Shown here piece by piece: positions 10,627 to 19,369 of a stretch of 54,391 nucleotides of DNA. The notes under the pieces are model-generated. The model made no database searches and was not told where the DNA came from. It saw only the letters and a program-made list of their open reading frames with translations. The number at the start of each line of letters is the position of its first letter. The first letter of the stretch is position 1. Source of the DNA: a virus (Duplodnaviria > Caudoviricetes); IMG/VR virus record IMGVR_UViG_3300009168_000014, positions 1 through 54,391 of that record, one strand, 5' to 3'. Made by a program: the position numbers and the translations under genes.

Positions 10627-11485
10627 AATACCCGTCTTCCCAGATGTCAATACTGACAACACCTACATCGACTCTATTAGAGCAGATTCGAGCTCCAAAC
10701 TTCGTACCATAACCCTGTAGAGCCGGTAGCACTACAACACTATAGTCACTACATTCTACCAGGGAGTACATATGTCGATGACCTCTAATCAGAATATCTG
10801 CTTCAGGTTGTCTATCACTGTCCGCCCAAATCTTATTCTGAATAGCCTCACGAGCCTGTGAGGTAAAGATACTCATAGGACTACTAATAGTACTAATGTG
10901 ATGTTTAATATCTAAGATACATCCATTTACTTCAACCCACTCGTGGGAGCCTATCTTTGCGTGAAGGTGGTCGGCTATCGGTGACTCGAAGTCTTCTGAG
11001 TTACCGGTGTGGTAGCCAGTCCCATAGACCATATGGTAACGGGTGGCGTGGGCTTCCTGTAGGGCACGAACAGCCATCAGTCCCTGCTCATGTCTATCTG
11101 TTGTCAGGAGTTCGGTGCCTCCACTCTTGTCGCCTTTGCCCTCAATAGCATCACCCACTACTACACATAAGTCGATGGGTGCCAACAACTTACAGGTTTT
11201 TGCATACCAGTCCCAGATAGCCCGTCTCTGTAGAACCCACTTGTTATGCTGTGTCACTCCGTCTGTCTCGACTATAGTATCAGGATTCCATTCCGGAGGA
11301 GTCAGACCGACACGATGTCCGCAATGTAGGTCGGCTACCAACAGAACCCTCTGATACTTCTGAGCATAACGTGAGATTGAGTACACAACAGATATAGGAA
11401 GATTGAATATCTCCGCTATCTTCTGTGGACTACAGCCTAATCGTATAGCACTTAAGACTTCGCTTTTGAGTGTTTTCGGGTACAT
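10511..11485 (-). CDS. Calcineurin-like metallophosphoesterase with N-terminal HTH
   Basis: Motifs ADLHCG, VGDAIEG, GTGYH, KHH, RGHRH; N-terminal SPQKIAEIFNLPISVVYSI is HTH-like. Confidence 0.8.
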   Translation of the reverse strand: MYPKTLKSEVLSAIRLGCSPQKIAEIFNLPISVVYSISRYAQKYQRVLLVADLHCGHRVGLTPPEWNPDTIVETDGVTQHNKWVLQRRAIWDWYAKTCKLLAPIDLCVVVGDAIEGKGDKSGGTELLTTDRHEQGLMAVRALQEAHATRYHMVYGTGYHTGNSEDFESPIADHLHAKIGSHEWVEVNGCILDIKHHISTISSPMSIFTSQAREAIQNKIWADSDRQPEADILIRGHRHMYSLVECSDYSVVVLPALQGYGTKFGARICSNRVDVGVVSIDIWEDGYFRITPHLADLKCLHTSTDRFGENAVVTQTTEDTQTSGK

Positions 11486-12141
11486 TTTTTCCCCTTTCTC
11501 TGTTTCGTAAATGCTTTCCGTAGTTCTCTATGTACATCAGAGCACAACTCCTCTACCCGTGGAAGAGCATCCATTACAGCAGTGGTATTCTCTATCCGTC
11601 GTCTACAGTAGTCTTCCTCACGTGTCCACTGCTTGTCAATGTAATCTGAGGTCGAGGTATAGATGTCGTCAGCGTGATAGCGAATCCACGGGTGCATCTC
11701 CTGTCCGCCAAGACAGATGACCTCTACTCGTTTACCGAGGGCTTTTGCGTAAACCATCTCCATCGCAACGCCAAAGGTGATAGGCTGTTGTCCGATGAGC
11801 CAGTTCCAAGTCCTGCTGACCCACGATTTGCCAAGTCGTCCACTGGATGGAAGGATGACCAGCATGAAGTCTGCATCCTTAATCTTCTGGAGGTCTGTGT
11901 GGACTATCATCTGTGGATGACAACGCAGGTGCTTCTTGTGGATACTAGGGACATCCTTCTGCCAATCCAGCCCAATCCTATCAAAAGGATTAGTAAACCT
12001 CAAGCGGTCCGGCAGTAGTCCACTTATAGTAGACATGAGCCACTGCTTAACCCACCAGCGTGCCTGATAGGGATGGGACACATATCCACGCAGGAGTGGA
12101 GAAGATAAATCTACTTCTGTTAATGCGGTAAGTGTACTCAT
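11452..12141 (-). CDS. Nucleoside 2-deoxyribosyltransferase / Rcl-like dNMP N-glycosidase
   Basis: YVSHPY...DLQKIKDADFMLV...GVAMEMVYAKALGKRV signature. Confidence 0.7.
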   Translation of the reverse strand: MSTLTALTEVDLSSPLLRGYVSHPYQARWWVKQWLMSTISGLLPDRLRFTNPFDRIGLDWQKDVPSIHKKHLRCHPQMIVHTDLQKIKDADFMLVILPSSGRLGKSWVSRTWNWLIGQQPITFGVAMEMVYAKALGKRVEVICLGGQEMHPWIRYHADDIYTSTSDYIDKQWTREEDYCRRRIENTTAVMDALPRVEELCSDVHRELRKAFTKQRKGKKCTRKHSKAKS

Positions 12142-12479
12142 TATATTGTTCCTCTAAGAAATTGTTCCAAGCCCATCATTGCACGAGCAGTGAAGTGACT
12201 CAGTTCATCTAATAAATATTCTGGTTTCTGGTCTACTGCTGGTAAGTTCTTATGGGCTAAGTAGTTACCAAGATGCAACATGGCGTGGTCTAAGTTAGAC
12301 TTACAGTCTATCTTGTACCAGTTGGGTGTGCCGTCAGCCTCACGTGGATAGCGTGTACTGCCGTAGCCCATCACCTTAGATACTTCAATCAATGCTAAAG
12401 GAGGGACTTCAGTCATCTTACTCAAGCCGATGTCCGACTGCTTCCCGCCTTTCTCATTCGTGATAATTTCTGGTTCCAT
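12141..12479 (-). CDS. dATP/dGTP diphosphohydrolase N-terminal domain (DUF5664-like) protein
   Basis: GGKQSD...VPPLALIEVSKVMGYGSTRY...NW...HAMLHL...LSH pattern. Confidence 0.7.
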   Translation of the reverse strand: MEPEIITNEKGGKQSDIGLSKMTEVPPLALIEVSKVMGYGSTRYPREADGTPNWYKIDCKSNLDHAMLHLGNYLAHKNLPAVDQKPEYLLDELSHFTARAMMGLEQFLRGTI

Positions 12480-12480
12480 A

Positions 12481-12645
12481 TTATGCCCTTTCTTTCATAA
12501 GTTCCTCTAACATTTCCGCACACTCTGTCGCCTCCTTCTCACTATCGAAGCTCAGGTGGAACTGAAAGTTAGAGACCACACCTACAGCTCTTGCTAACAA
12601 GCCATCATTCTCTGTTGCATAGGTCTCGATAATACGTATAGACAT
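12481..12645 (-). CDS. Small hypothetical protein (54 aa)
   Basis: Fills the gap between same-strand genes; ATG preceded by GGGAG; too short for the ORF track. Confidence 0.5.
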   Translation of the reverse strand: MSIRIIETYATENDGLLARAVGVVSNFQFHLSFDSEKEATECAEMLEELMKERA

Positions 12646-12647
12646 AG

Positions 12648-13856
12648 TTATACTCCCTTCACTGGGTTAATAAGTAGTGTTGGCAGATGGATTCCTGGGG
12701 CCATTAATCCTGCCTTATCAATCAAGGCCCTGATGTTTGCATTCAACTTATAGGATACCTCTTGTTGATTGTTAATCTCCTGCACCAACTGTAGGTAGTG
12801 ATACTGATGCATAGTTGGAAGAACAGACGATGTAGCTCTGGATATTTTCTCTATGGTTTTAGTGGATAGCACAGGGGATTCTGTTCCCTTACCGTAGAGA
12901 GACATTAGTATTCGTCGACGCACAATCGGTAGTGTGTCTATCACTATTCGTCGGACTATCGCAATGTCTGATTCATCGACTACCATTCGATTATCACAAA
13001 CACATCTGGACATTGCTTCATCCATTAACTGTTGTAATACTCTGGTTCCTACCTCTGCATCTACTGGTACTCCGTGAATCGGAGTAGTCCTGAACTGACT
13101 CAGGATGTAAGCCATAATCTTAACCTGTTCCAGCAGGGGACCTGGGACCACCGGAAGTTGGGGATTGGCGATTAACTTGTTGTATACCTCATTGATAGCC
13201 GTATGGATTGTCTCTTGAAACTTTGCCCTCCATATATCCTTTGTCTTCGATTTCTCGAACACATGGTCATAGAATAAAAATACTGCCTCTGGTGCATGGT
13301 ACTGTCTGTAGTGACGGAAGGATAGAAAGCGTTCTCCTAGCTGTTGGTTCTCTTCATTGAAGACATCTATAGCGTTGGTGGTGGCTGCGATAACCCCGAA
13401 GCGAGCCTTGTACGACCGTAGTCCTGCCTGTCCTGAACTCTTGGAACACTCACCATCGAAGGCATCCCGCAAGTCACCCTGTATCTTAATCTGTTTATTC
13501 TTGTTATCACACATGATGCCACTCATATCTTTTATCATCAGAACTTTTCCGTCGAGGTCACGTATCAGTGATGGGTCGTCATTTGCATCTCCAGAGTAGC
13601 CGCTGAGTAGGCCATTCTCGGTGATACTGCTGACGCCCTTCGTCTTAGGATAACTATAGAAAGGCCGTAGCCCCTCTGTTTTAGAGGTTCCAGGGGCTCC
13701 TATATCGTAAAGCCACTGTCTCTCTGGAAAGATGGGGACTATATTGGAGATATAAGTACTCAGTAGGACATCAGCTATTGGTATATCATCAGCACTTAAG
13801 GCAAGGTATTCCGTGTAAGCCTGTCTAACTCTTTGTAGTGGTGATAGGTTCTGCAT
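12648..13856 (-). CDS. AAA+ ATPase, MCM-like putative replicative helicase
   Basis: Walker A GAPGTSKT, degenerate Walker B VLMIKD, RFGVIAATT sensor-like, GERF arginine-finger-like; start set at the ATG behind GAGGAG. Confidence 0.6.
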   Translation of the reverse strand: MQNLSPLQRVRQAYTEYLALSADDIPIADVLLSTYISNIVPIFPERQWLYDIGAPGTSKTEGLRPFYSYPKTKGVSSITENGLLSGYSGDANDDPSLIRDLDGKVLMIKDMSGIMCDNKNKQIKIQGDLRDAFDGECSKSSGQAGLRSYKARFGVIAATTNAIDVFNEENQQLGERFLSFRHYRQYHAPEAVFLFYDHVFEKSKTKDIWRAKFQETIHTAINEVYNKLIANPQLPVVPGPLLEQVKIMAYILSQFRTTPIHGVPVDAEVGTRVLQQLMDEAMSRCVCDNRMVVDESDIAIVRRIVIDTLPIVRRRILMSLYGKGTESPVLSTKTIEKISRATSSVLPTMHQYHYLQLVQEINNQQEVSYKLNANIRALIDKAGLMAPGIHLPTLLINPVKGV

Positions 13857-13875
13857 AGGAAGCTCCTCATCAACT

Positions 13876-13949
13876 AAAAAACCCAGGAAGCTGGAGACCA
13901 CAGTAGAAGGAGGAGAGTAGTATAATTCCAGCCTCCAGCACCTGAGTTC
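13876..13949 (-). terminator. Long hairpin plus U-tract after the SSB gene
   Basis: Minus strand GAACTCAGG-T-GCTGGAGGCTG...TGGTCTCCAGC-TT-CCTGGGTTTTTT. Confidence 0.65.
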
Positions 13950-13967
13950 ATTTAGCGATAGTTGATA

Positions 13968-14438
13968 CTATGCCGTCGCTGTCGGGGTTGCCTGTTGTCT
14001 TTCGAGGACTTCCACGATGTCAGCATTGGTGTAGGTGTTTCCATTCTTCTTGCTCTTAGATTGTGTCACCTTCAAGCGAGCCATACTGCCGATGTTCTGT
14101 GTGATGATACCATCGACCTGCTGTATGTCATTGATGGGGGAACCAGCCAAGACTGACACAGCTGACTTCAGTGTGCCCAGAGCCTTCGTGCTGAGGAACA
14201 AGCTGAACTCTTTGCCGTCAATCTCAGGACTGCTTTCCGACATAACCCTGCCGGTTACACTCCAATAAGCATAGGAGCTGTTGTTGTCGGTCTTAATACC
14301 TCTGTCAACACTGACGAGGATAAAGTCCCACAGTCCTACTGGGGGAAGCCAGTTGTTAAACGTCTTGGCTTCGGTAAACTCTTTGGCTGTCTGACTCAGG
14401 ATGGCTTGCATTTGGACTTCACTCATTTGTTCTGTCAT
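13968..14438 (-). CDS. Putative single-stranded DNA-binding protein (DUF669-like)
   Basis: Follows the Sak4-like gene; F...LPPVG.W pattern and C-terminal K.NG.TY.N OB-fold-like strand. Confidence 0.55.
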   Translation of the reverse strand: MTEQMSEVQMQAILSQTAKEFTEAKTFNNWLPPVGLWDFILVSVDRGIKTDNNSSYAYWSVTGRVMSESSPEIDGKEFSLFLSTKALGTLKSAVSVLAGSPINDIQQVDGIITQNIGSMARLKVTQSKSKKNGNTYTNADIVEVLERQQATPTATA

Positions 14439-14487
14439 GTTAATTCTCCTTTCGAGAATAAATAAAAGTTATTAGTATAGTTACATC

Positions 14488-15444
14488 TTAGGAAACCAGT
14501 TTAGCCCTGACACGCTCCACTGCTTCACTATAGATTTTCTCAAATGTATCCCAGCCACTAGTGACTGAATCACTGTATGGGTCTGGTAACAGTATCTTAC
14601 CCTGCAACGGGGGAATGCCTCTGGCCTTTCCACCATTCATAGATGAGAAGTTCTCCGTGTTCTGGAAGACCATAAAGTATTTGATGAGCTCCTTGAATTC
14701 ACAGGGGACTTGCTTTCCGCCAACCAGTCGAGTCTGCTGTTCACGTACTATCATAGGATAGATGTTCGCCACTATGTGACAGCTTCTACCTATCTGCTGA
14801 TGGATAGAGGCAGAGAGTACTGGTCGGATAACCGTCTTCTCTTTATAGTTTTCTGTGATGGTCTTCTCTGTCAGATGACTGACACATGTCCAGCCGTAGC
14901 CAGCATGTTCCACTCTTAGAACATAATTCCATGCGGCTATCCGCAGTATAGACCAGCCAGCTCCTTTTGAGCCGTAGTCCGTGATGTCCTCTAGAATGAT
15001 ACCTTTAGCTGCATCTGAATGCTTAACCGCAAGGTAGGGATTCAGCAGGTCTAAGTACCAGTCGAAGGTATCCCAGACAACTCTATCATATTGGGGCTTA
15101 CCGGCTTTGGCGTCTGCCTCCAGCTTGGTAATGACTACCTCAAGCTTGTCAATCGAGTTGATATGTATCCTATGAGCTAGTCCGTTTGGTACACTGTTGG
15201 CTCCATCATCGAAGTCCAGTATGAGTGTACGAGCCTGTCCTGCTATGAAGGATGACTTGCCACCGCCTGATGGACCTAACAAGTACAATCTGACCTTCTT
15301 GGCTGATGGCGGACAGTAGCCAGAAGTTACACCAAGGGCCGCATAGTCTGCTGATATTGGTGCAGAGTTCGGTCTAATCTGCTGTACTGCGTTGGTGGTC
15401 CCAGGTGGACTAGGCTGTTGGTTTGGGGTTACGGTGGATTCCAT
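14488..15444 (-). CDS. Sak4-like AAA_24 ATPase (ssDNA annealing recombinase)
   Basis: LLGPSGGGKSS, LILDFDDG, VVWDTFD, CVSH; sits between the exonuclease and SSB. Confidence 0.75.
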   Translation of the reverse strand: MESTVTPNQQPSPPGTTNAVQQIRPNSAPISADYAALGVTSGYCPPSAKKVRLYLLGPSGGGKSSFIAGQARTLILDFDDGANSVPNGLAHRIHINSIDKLEVVITKLEADAKAGKPQYDRVVWDTFDWYLDLLNPYLAVKHSDAAKGIILEDITDYGSKGAGWSILRIAAWNYVLRVEHAGYGWTCVSHLTEKTITENYKEKTVIRPVLSASIHQQIGRSCHIVANIYPMIVREQQTRLVGGKQVPCEFKELIKYFMVFQNTENFSSMNGGKARGIPPLQGKILLPDPYSDSVTSGWDTFEKIYSEAVERVRAKLVS

Positions 15445-16666
15445 TTTCTGCTCCTTCTAAAAATATAGGTTTATACTTTGCTACTGCTCCTGTTTCTGCG
15501 TACTCCACTTCTATTGGTGCAAAGGCGGGATTATCTACTGTCGGTTGCTCCATCTTGTATTGTGATTCAATCACGGCTGGCCAAGCACTGGGGTCACAGG
15601 AACACAATGGGTAGTACTCACAGACACGCTCCCACTCTTTGCAGAATGATGCACTGGGGTCTCTGGGGAATAACTCTGGAACCGGTACTAACCCTGCATA
15701 GGGGGCTACGTCGTTGAGGGTAGTCATCAGTTCGGCGTTCATCGGGTCTTCATTGAACCTGATAGCGAATGACGATGCGGCCTCTAAGCCCTTCTCTGCA
15801 TACCACAACTTACAGCGTTCCAGATAGTTGATGGGGTCTGGGTCTCCGAAGTATTCTTTCTCTTCAATGACCTGTCCCTTACGTGGACCACTCTTAAGCT
15901 CTTTCTTCTTGATGGTGAAGTCCCTGTCGGCACCAGACATCTCTATACTCGGCACCTGTAGGATGTCAAGAATGAAGCCGTCTGCCACACGGTCGACGAG
16001 GTCTTCCCGTCCAACCTGAGCGAGGGCGGCTCCCACCAGAATACGGTAGATACGTGGTTGTAGGGTCCACTGATAACCAGTCAGAGTAAAAGAGATAGGG
16101 CGGGTTGTGTTCTTGTAGTCCCTGACAAACAGCAGGTCTCCATCCTTCATATAGTCTAACTCGTCGAGTATGCCGGTTACTGGGACAGCCAGTGGCGGCT
16201 GGTCCTTACCCATCGCCGCATTGAATACTACACCAGCTTTGATTTCCCGTCCCAGTACCTCTAAGCCTGCTGGTCTTGGGAACTTCTCATTGAAGATAGC
16301 GACCATCATTTTGGCTTTGTTGAAGTTCTGCTCAAGGGTCTTAATATCACGGTCATAGTCTCCGAGGAGGTCGGCTCCACTATCCCGTATCTTTCGCAGT
16401 TCCTGTATCTTTTCTCCTACTTCCTTCTCTACCTGTTTCACTCCATCAGGTATCTGAGAGAGTTCAAACAGACGGTGAACTATTGAACCTAACGATGAAC
16501 CTTTGGATACTCTGGTATAGTTAGGCACTAGGCACCAGCGATACCTGAACATATAGCACCGCTTACATCTCAGACAGTCTTTGATTGATGACTGCCTCCA
16601 CGACTGGATGAACGTCGACCGATTCTGGAGAATGGCAAACGTCTTATTAGGATTCTTACTTTCCAT
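15410..16666 (-). CDS. PD-(D/E)xK exonuclease, Cas4/AddB-like
   Basis: SSIKDCLRC, GSIVH, GILD, RDYK, QPRIY and C-terminal C-x6-C-x5-C. Confidence 0.75.
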   Translation of the reverse strand: MESKNPNKTFAILQNRSTFIQSWRQSSIKDCLRCKRCYMFRYRWCLVPNYTRVSKGSSLGSIVHRLFELSQIPDGVKQVEKEVGEKIQELRKIRDSGADLLGDYDRDIKTLEQNFNKAKMMVAIFNEKFPRPAGLEVLGREIKAGVVFNAAMGKDQPPLAVPVTGILDELDYMKDGDLLFVRDYKNTTRPISFTLTGYQWTLQPRIYRILVGAALAQVGREDLVDRVADGFILDILQVPSIEMSGADRDFTIKKKELKSGPRKGQVIEEKEYFGDPDPINYLERCKLWYAEKGLEAASSFAIRFNEDPMNAELMTTLNDVAPYAGLVPVPELFPRDPSASFCKEWERVCEYYPLCSCDPSAWPAVIESQYKMEQPTVDNPAFAPIEVEYAETGAVAKYKPIFLEGAENGIHRNPKPTA

Positions 16667-17213
16667 TTTCTGCTCCTTCTACCACTACGGGTAATACTAT
16701 GTCACTTTCTACTTCGTTGCCCCACACATCCCATCCTTCAGTCTTCTGACGGGCAAACAATTCTATGCGAGGAGTACCGAATACCTCTATCGCTTTCCGT
16801 ATCTCATCCGGCTTTTGGGAGTGGAGAAGATTTTTTGAGCTGATAGAGAAGATAGTCGGGACGGCTGGGCGACGAGGATACATATCTATCTTTCCTCTAT
16901 ACCCTACTAAGAGAAACTCTGTTCGATAGTGAAAGCCAAACAAGCATAATCCATTCTTCTTATCCCACGTAATTGTCCGTTGATACTTAAATCCCCATGC
17001 ATCCATAACAGTAAACGCCTTTGGAAGAAACGCCTGAGTAGTCCATAGAAATAATAGACAGTTGTCCTCTGCGAGGGCTTCAATGGGAAGTGCCTGTATT
17101 TGCTCAAGAGTCATTGTCGGATAGTCGAATGTGGTTTGATTAGGTCTGCACTCCCGACGTATTTTTGCTACGGGCCAAGGCGGGTCTGCGTATATAATCT
17201 GATACTTACTCAT
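16656..17213 (-). CDS. MT-A70 family N6-adenine methyltransferase
   Basis: IIYADPPW, YPTM, LFLWTT, WGF, TWDK, HSQKP, IELFAR, GWDVWGNE; start set behind AAGGAG. Confidence 0.9.
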   Translation of the reverse strand: MSKYQIIYADPPWPVAKIRRECRPNQTTFDYPTMTLEQIQALPIEALAEDNCLLFLWTTQAFLPKAFTVMDAWGFKYQRTITWDKKNGLCLFGFHYRTEFLLVGYRGKIDMYPRRPAVPTIFSISSKNLLHSQKPDEIRKAIEVFGTPRIELFARQKTEGWDVWGNEVESDIVLPVVVEGAENGK

Positions 17214-17244
17214 GGTCTGCTCCTTACTACTATTGTTAATAGAA

Positions 17245-17469
17245 TTATCCTGCATTATATGAACACAATATGACGCCACGATATAGGTCTGGCTTAGCCA
17301 CTCCTATTAGTTCTACTTGGACATCCTCTAGTTTGCACCAAGACCGGAGCTCACCTACATCACTCCTCCGAGCCTCTTCCTCGGTGGCAGCACAGACAAC
17401 AGCGGAGTCATAAGTATCATAGTTATTATTGACTGTCTGCCAGATTCGGTAAATAAATAATTCTTCCAT
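17245..17469 (-). CDS. Hypothetical protein
   Basis: AAGGAG RBS; YDTYDSAVVCAATEEEAR is a small phage protein pattern. Confidence 0.6.
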   Translation of the reverse strand: MEELFIYRIWQTVNNNYDTYDSAVVCAATEEEARRSDVGELRSWCKLEDVQVELIGVAKPDLYRGVILCSYNAG

Positions 17470-17498
17470 TTGTTTCTCCTTATTAAATAGTATAAAAT

Positions 17499-17807
17499 TT
17501 AGTTTAGTGACGGATTGTTGGGGTCAGTGAAGTCTATACGACGGGGTGGCATATCAAAGAGAGTAGGTTCCTCTTCTTCATCTATCTCTTTTATACCTGC
17601 TTCAGTCAGAGGCGGAGGTTGCTGGGGGAGCTCTCTACCCATCTGTAATCGCAGGATATGGTCTCTCAGTGGGATGTAGATTAACGGGTCTGCCATATAG
17701 ACTACTTCCATATTGGCTGCATCTTTGGGGAAGACTACCTGTAAGCCTTCGATGGGTACTGGAGCCAATACGAAGATAGGTATTGGTGCTCCTGTTTTCT
17801 TTACCAT
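17499..17807 (-). CDS. Hypothetical protein
   Basis: GAAGGAG RBS before ATG 17807. Confidence 0.55.
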   Translation of the reverse strand: MVKKTGAPIPIFVLAPVPIEGLQVVFPKDAANMEVVYMADPLIYIPLRDHILRLQMGRELPQQPPPLTEAGIKEIDEEEEPTLFDMPPRRIDFTDPNNPSLN

Positions 17808-17844
17808 ATTCACTCCTTCTACCATAGGACTGCTCCTATCCTGA

Positions 17845-18354
17845 TTACGGGGTTTTTAGTTTCTCAGCCAGTAGTCTGGCTGATACTGCATCACGCTCTT
17901 TATGATACTCTATGGCTTTCCAGACAACTAAGGCCGCACATCCTGCCACTAGGATGCCAATTATCCACGGGGCATAGATAGCCAGTTGTGGAGCCACGGT
18001 ATTAGCTACAATAAGTACTACAATACCGATGCCACCAGCCGTTGGGATTAGCCATCCCCAGCTACTCTTGGTAGCACCCCAAAAGATTATTCCTATGATG
18101 ATGGTCAGTGTACATACCACAAATAATTTATCACTATACTTCAGCATATTACTGACAGCACCCTGTGCAGTGACGGCATTATTCAGTATGCCTTGAGTCA
18201 AGGTCTCTGCCGCTTTACCGTATGCCTCTATTGGAGCATTAGTATCAGTACTCAGTCCATAGGCCTTTGGATTCTGAATGGTAACGTGTGACACTGGTTG
18301 GCAACTTGCAAAGATTAATACGCAGAACAATACTGTCACGATTAATTTTTTCAT
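17845..18354 (-). CDS. Lipoprotein with three C-terminal transmembrane helices
   Basis: MKK + hydrophobic core + lipobox FASC; three hydrophobic segments. Confidence 0.6.
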   Translation of the reverse strand: MKKLIVTVLFCVLIFASCQPVSHVTIQNPKAYGLSTDTNAPIEAYGKAAETLTQGILNNAVTAQGAVSNMLKYSDKLFVVCTLTIIIGIIFWGATKSSWGWLIPTAGGIGIVVLIVANTVAPQLAIYAPWIIGILVAGCAALVVWKAIEYHKERDAVSARLLAEKLKTP

Positions 18355-18364
18355 ATCGGTTCCT

Positions 18365-18393
18365 ACTTTATCAAAGAGTTATATTTATGTCAA
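18365..18393 (-). promoter_or_regulatory. Sigma70-like promoter
   Basis: TTGACA-17-TAAAGT with upstream AT tract. Confidence 0.6.
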
Positions 18394-18411
18394 GAGAAAA
18401 ATAATTTTAAT

Positions 18412-18762
18412 TTATGATACGTCGTCACGTCCGAATATTAAGACGGTAACGGCATCACTCGCAGAACCAAGCGTCAAAAGCCCCGCACCCTTTGTGCTAC
18501 GTATTGAGTGTGGAAACTGTATGAATGTTGGTATACTGGCAGTAACGGCAATCGGACCTATTAAAGTCGAAGCCTCGGCTGAACCGACTTTCTGTTGAAT
18601 GGTTACGGTTTGTGTAGCTGCACTAGATATCCATATCCCTACGATATGCATGTAGGAGTTGGAGTCTCTTGCAGCCAGCAATGCTATAGCGGGGTTTGAA
18701 TCTCCAGCACTCTGGGCTGGCCATCTGGTACTGTCAGTTGTTCTACCTACATGAACTTCCAT
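18412..18762 (-). CDS. Small beta-sandwich-like hypothetical protein
   Basis: AGGAG RBS before ATG 18762; alternating hydrophobic strands. Confidence 0.55.
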   Translation of the reverse strand: MEVHVGRTTDSTRWPAQSAGDSNPAIALLAARDSNSYMHIVGIWISSAATQTVTIQQKVGSAEASTLIGPIAVTASIPTFIQFPHSIRSTKGAGLLTLGSASDAVTVLIFGRDDVS

Positions 18763-18799
18763 AATAATCTCCTGTAAAAACAGATAGGGGCCGAATGCA

Positions 18800-19369
18800 C
18801 TACGCAGACGACCCCACACCTGGGACCACCCTAACTTCATTTGTACTTCCAATTAACTGTTGGACTGCACAGCCCAGCAGTATGTGTACTACCGCAGTTC
18901 CAAGATTACGTCTGGCAGTCGGAGTAGAGGGTTTCGTTACCCATATAACATTCAAGTTATACTTGGGGATAACCATACTCAGTCTATGCATTAGACTCTC
19001 AGGCTGACTCGACATGATTCTTGGATTGGTCGTCAGATAATTAGCTGGTGTACCTTCTATCATCAGATAGGGGTACTGTACAGCAGACAACCGTTGTAGA
19101 GAAGCCCCCTGCCTCTTAGTATCAGCAGAGAACAGGTTCTTATACAGCTCCTCTGGTGAGCCCTTTCGCTCTATAACACAGCACTCAGGATATTCCTTCA
19201 AGCGGTAATCACCAGTGTCCAGCTTTATATTCTCAACTGTAACGGCGACCAGCTTACGCTTCCGCATATCAGAAGGGTCGTCAAGATAGACATGTTTTGG
19301 AAACAGCAGGGGATATTGTTCCCTTGTGTCTACTTGTACAGTTATCTTTGATGGTATCGTTGTCGACAT
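18800..19369 (-). CDS. ERCC4/XPF-family nuclease (putative resolvase)
   Basis: VDTREQ, GDY, VIERKG, LMIEG motifs. Confidence 0.8.
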   Translation of the reverse strand: MSTTIPSKITVQVDTREQYPLLFPKHVYLDDPSDMRKRKLVAVTVENIKLDTGDYRLKEYPECCVIERKGSPEELYKNLFSADTKRQGASLQRLSAVQYPYLMIEGTPANYLTTNPRIMSSQPESLMHRLSMVIPKYNLNVIWVTKPSTPTARRNLGTAVVHILLGCAVQQLIGSTNEVRVVPGVGSSA

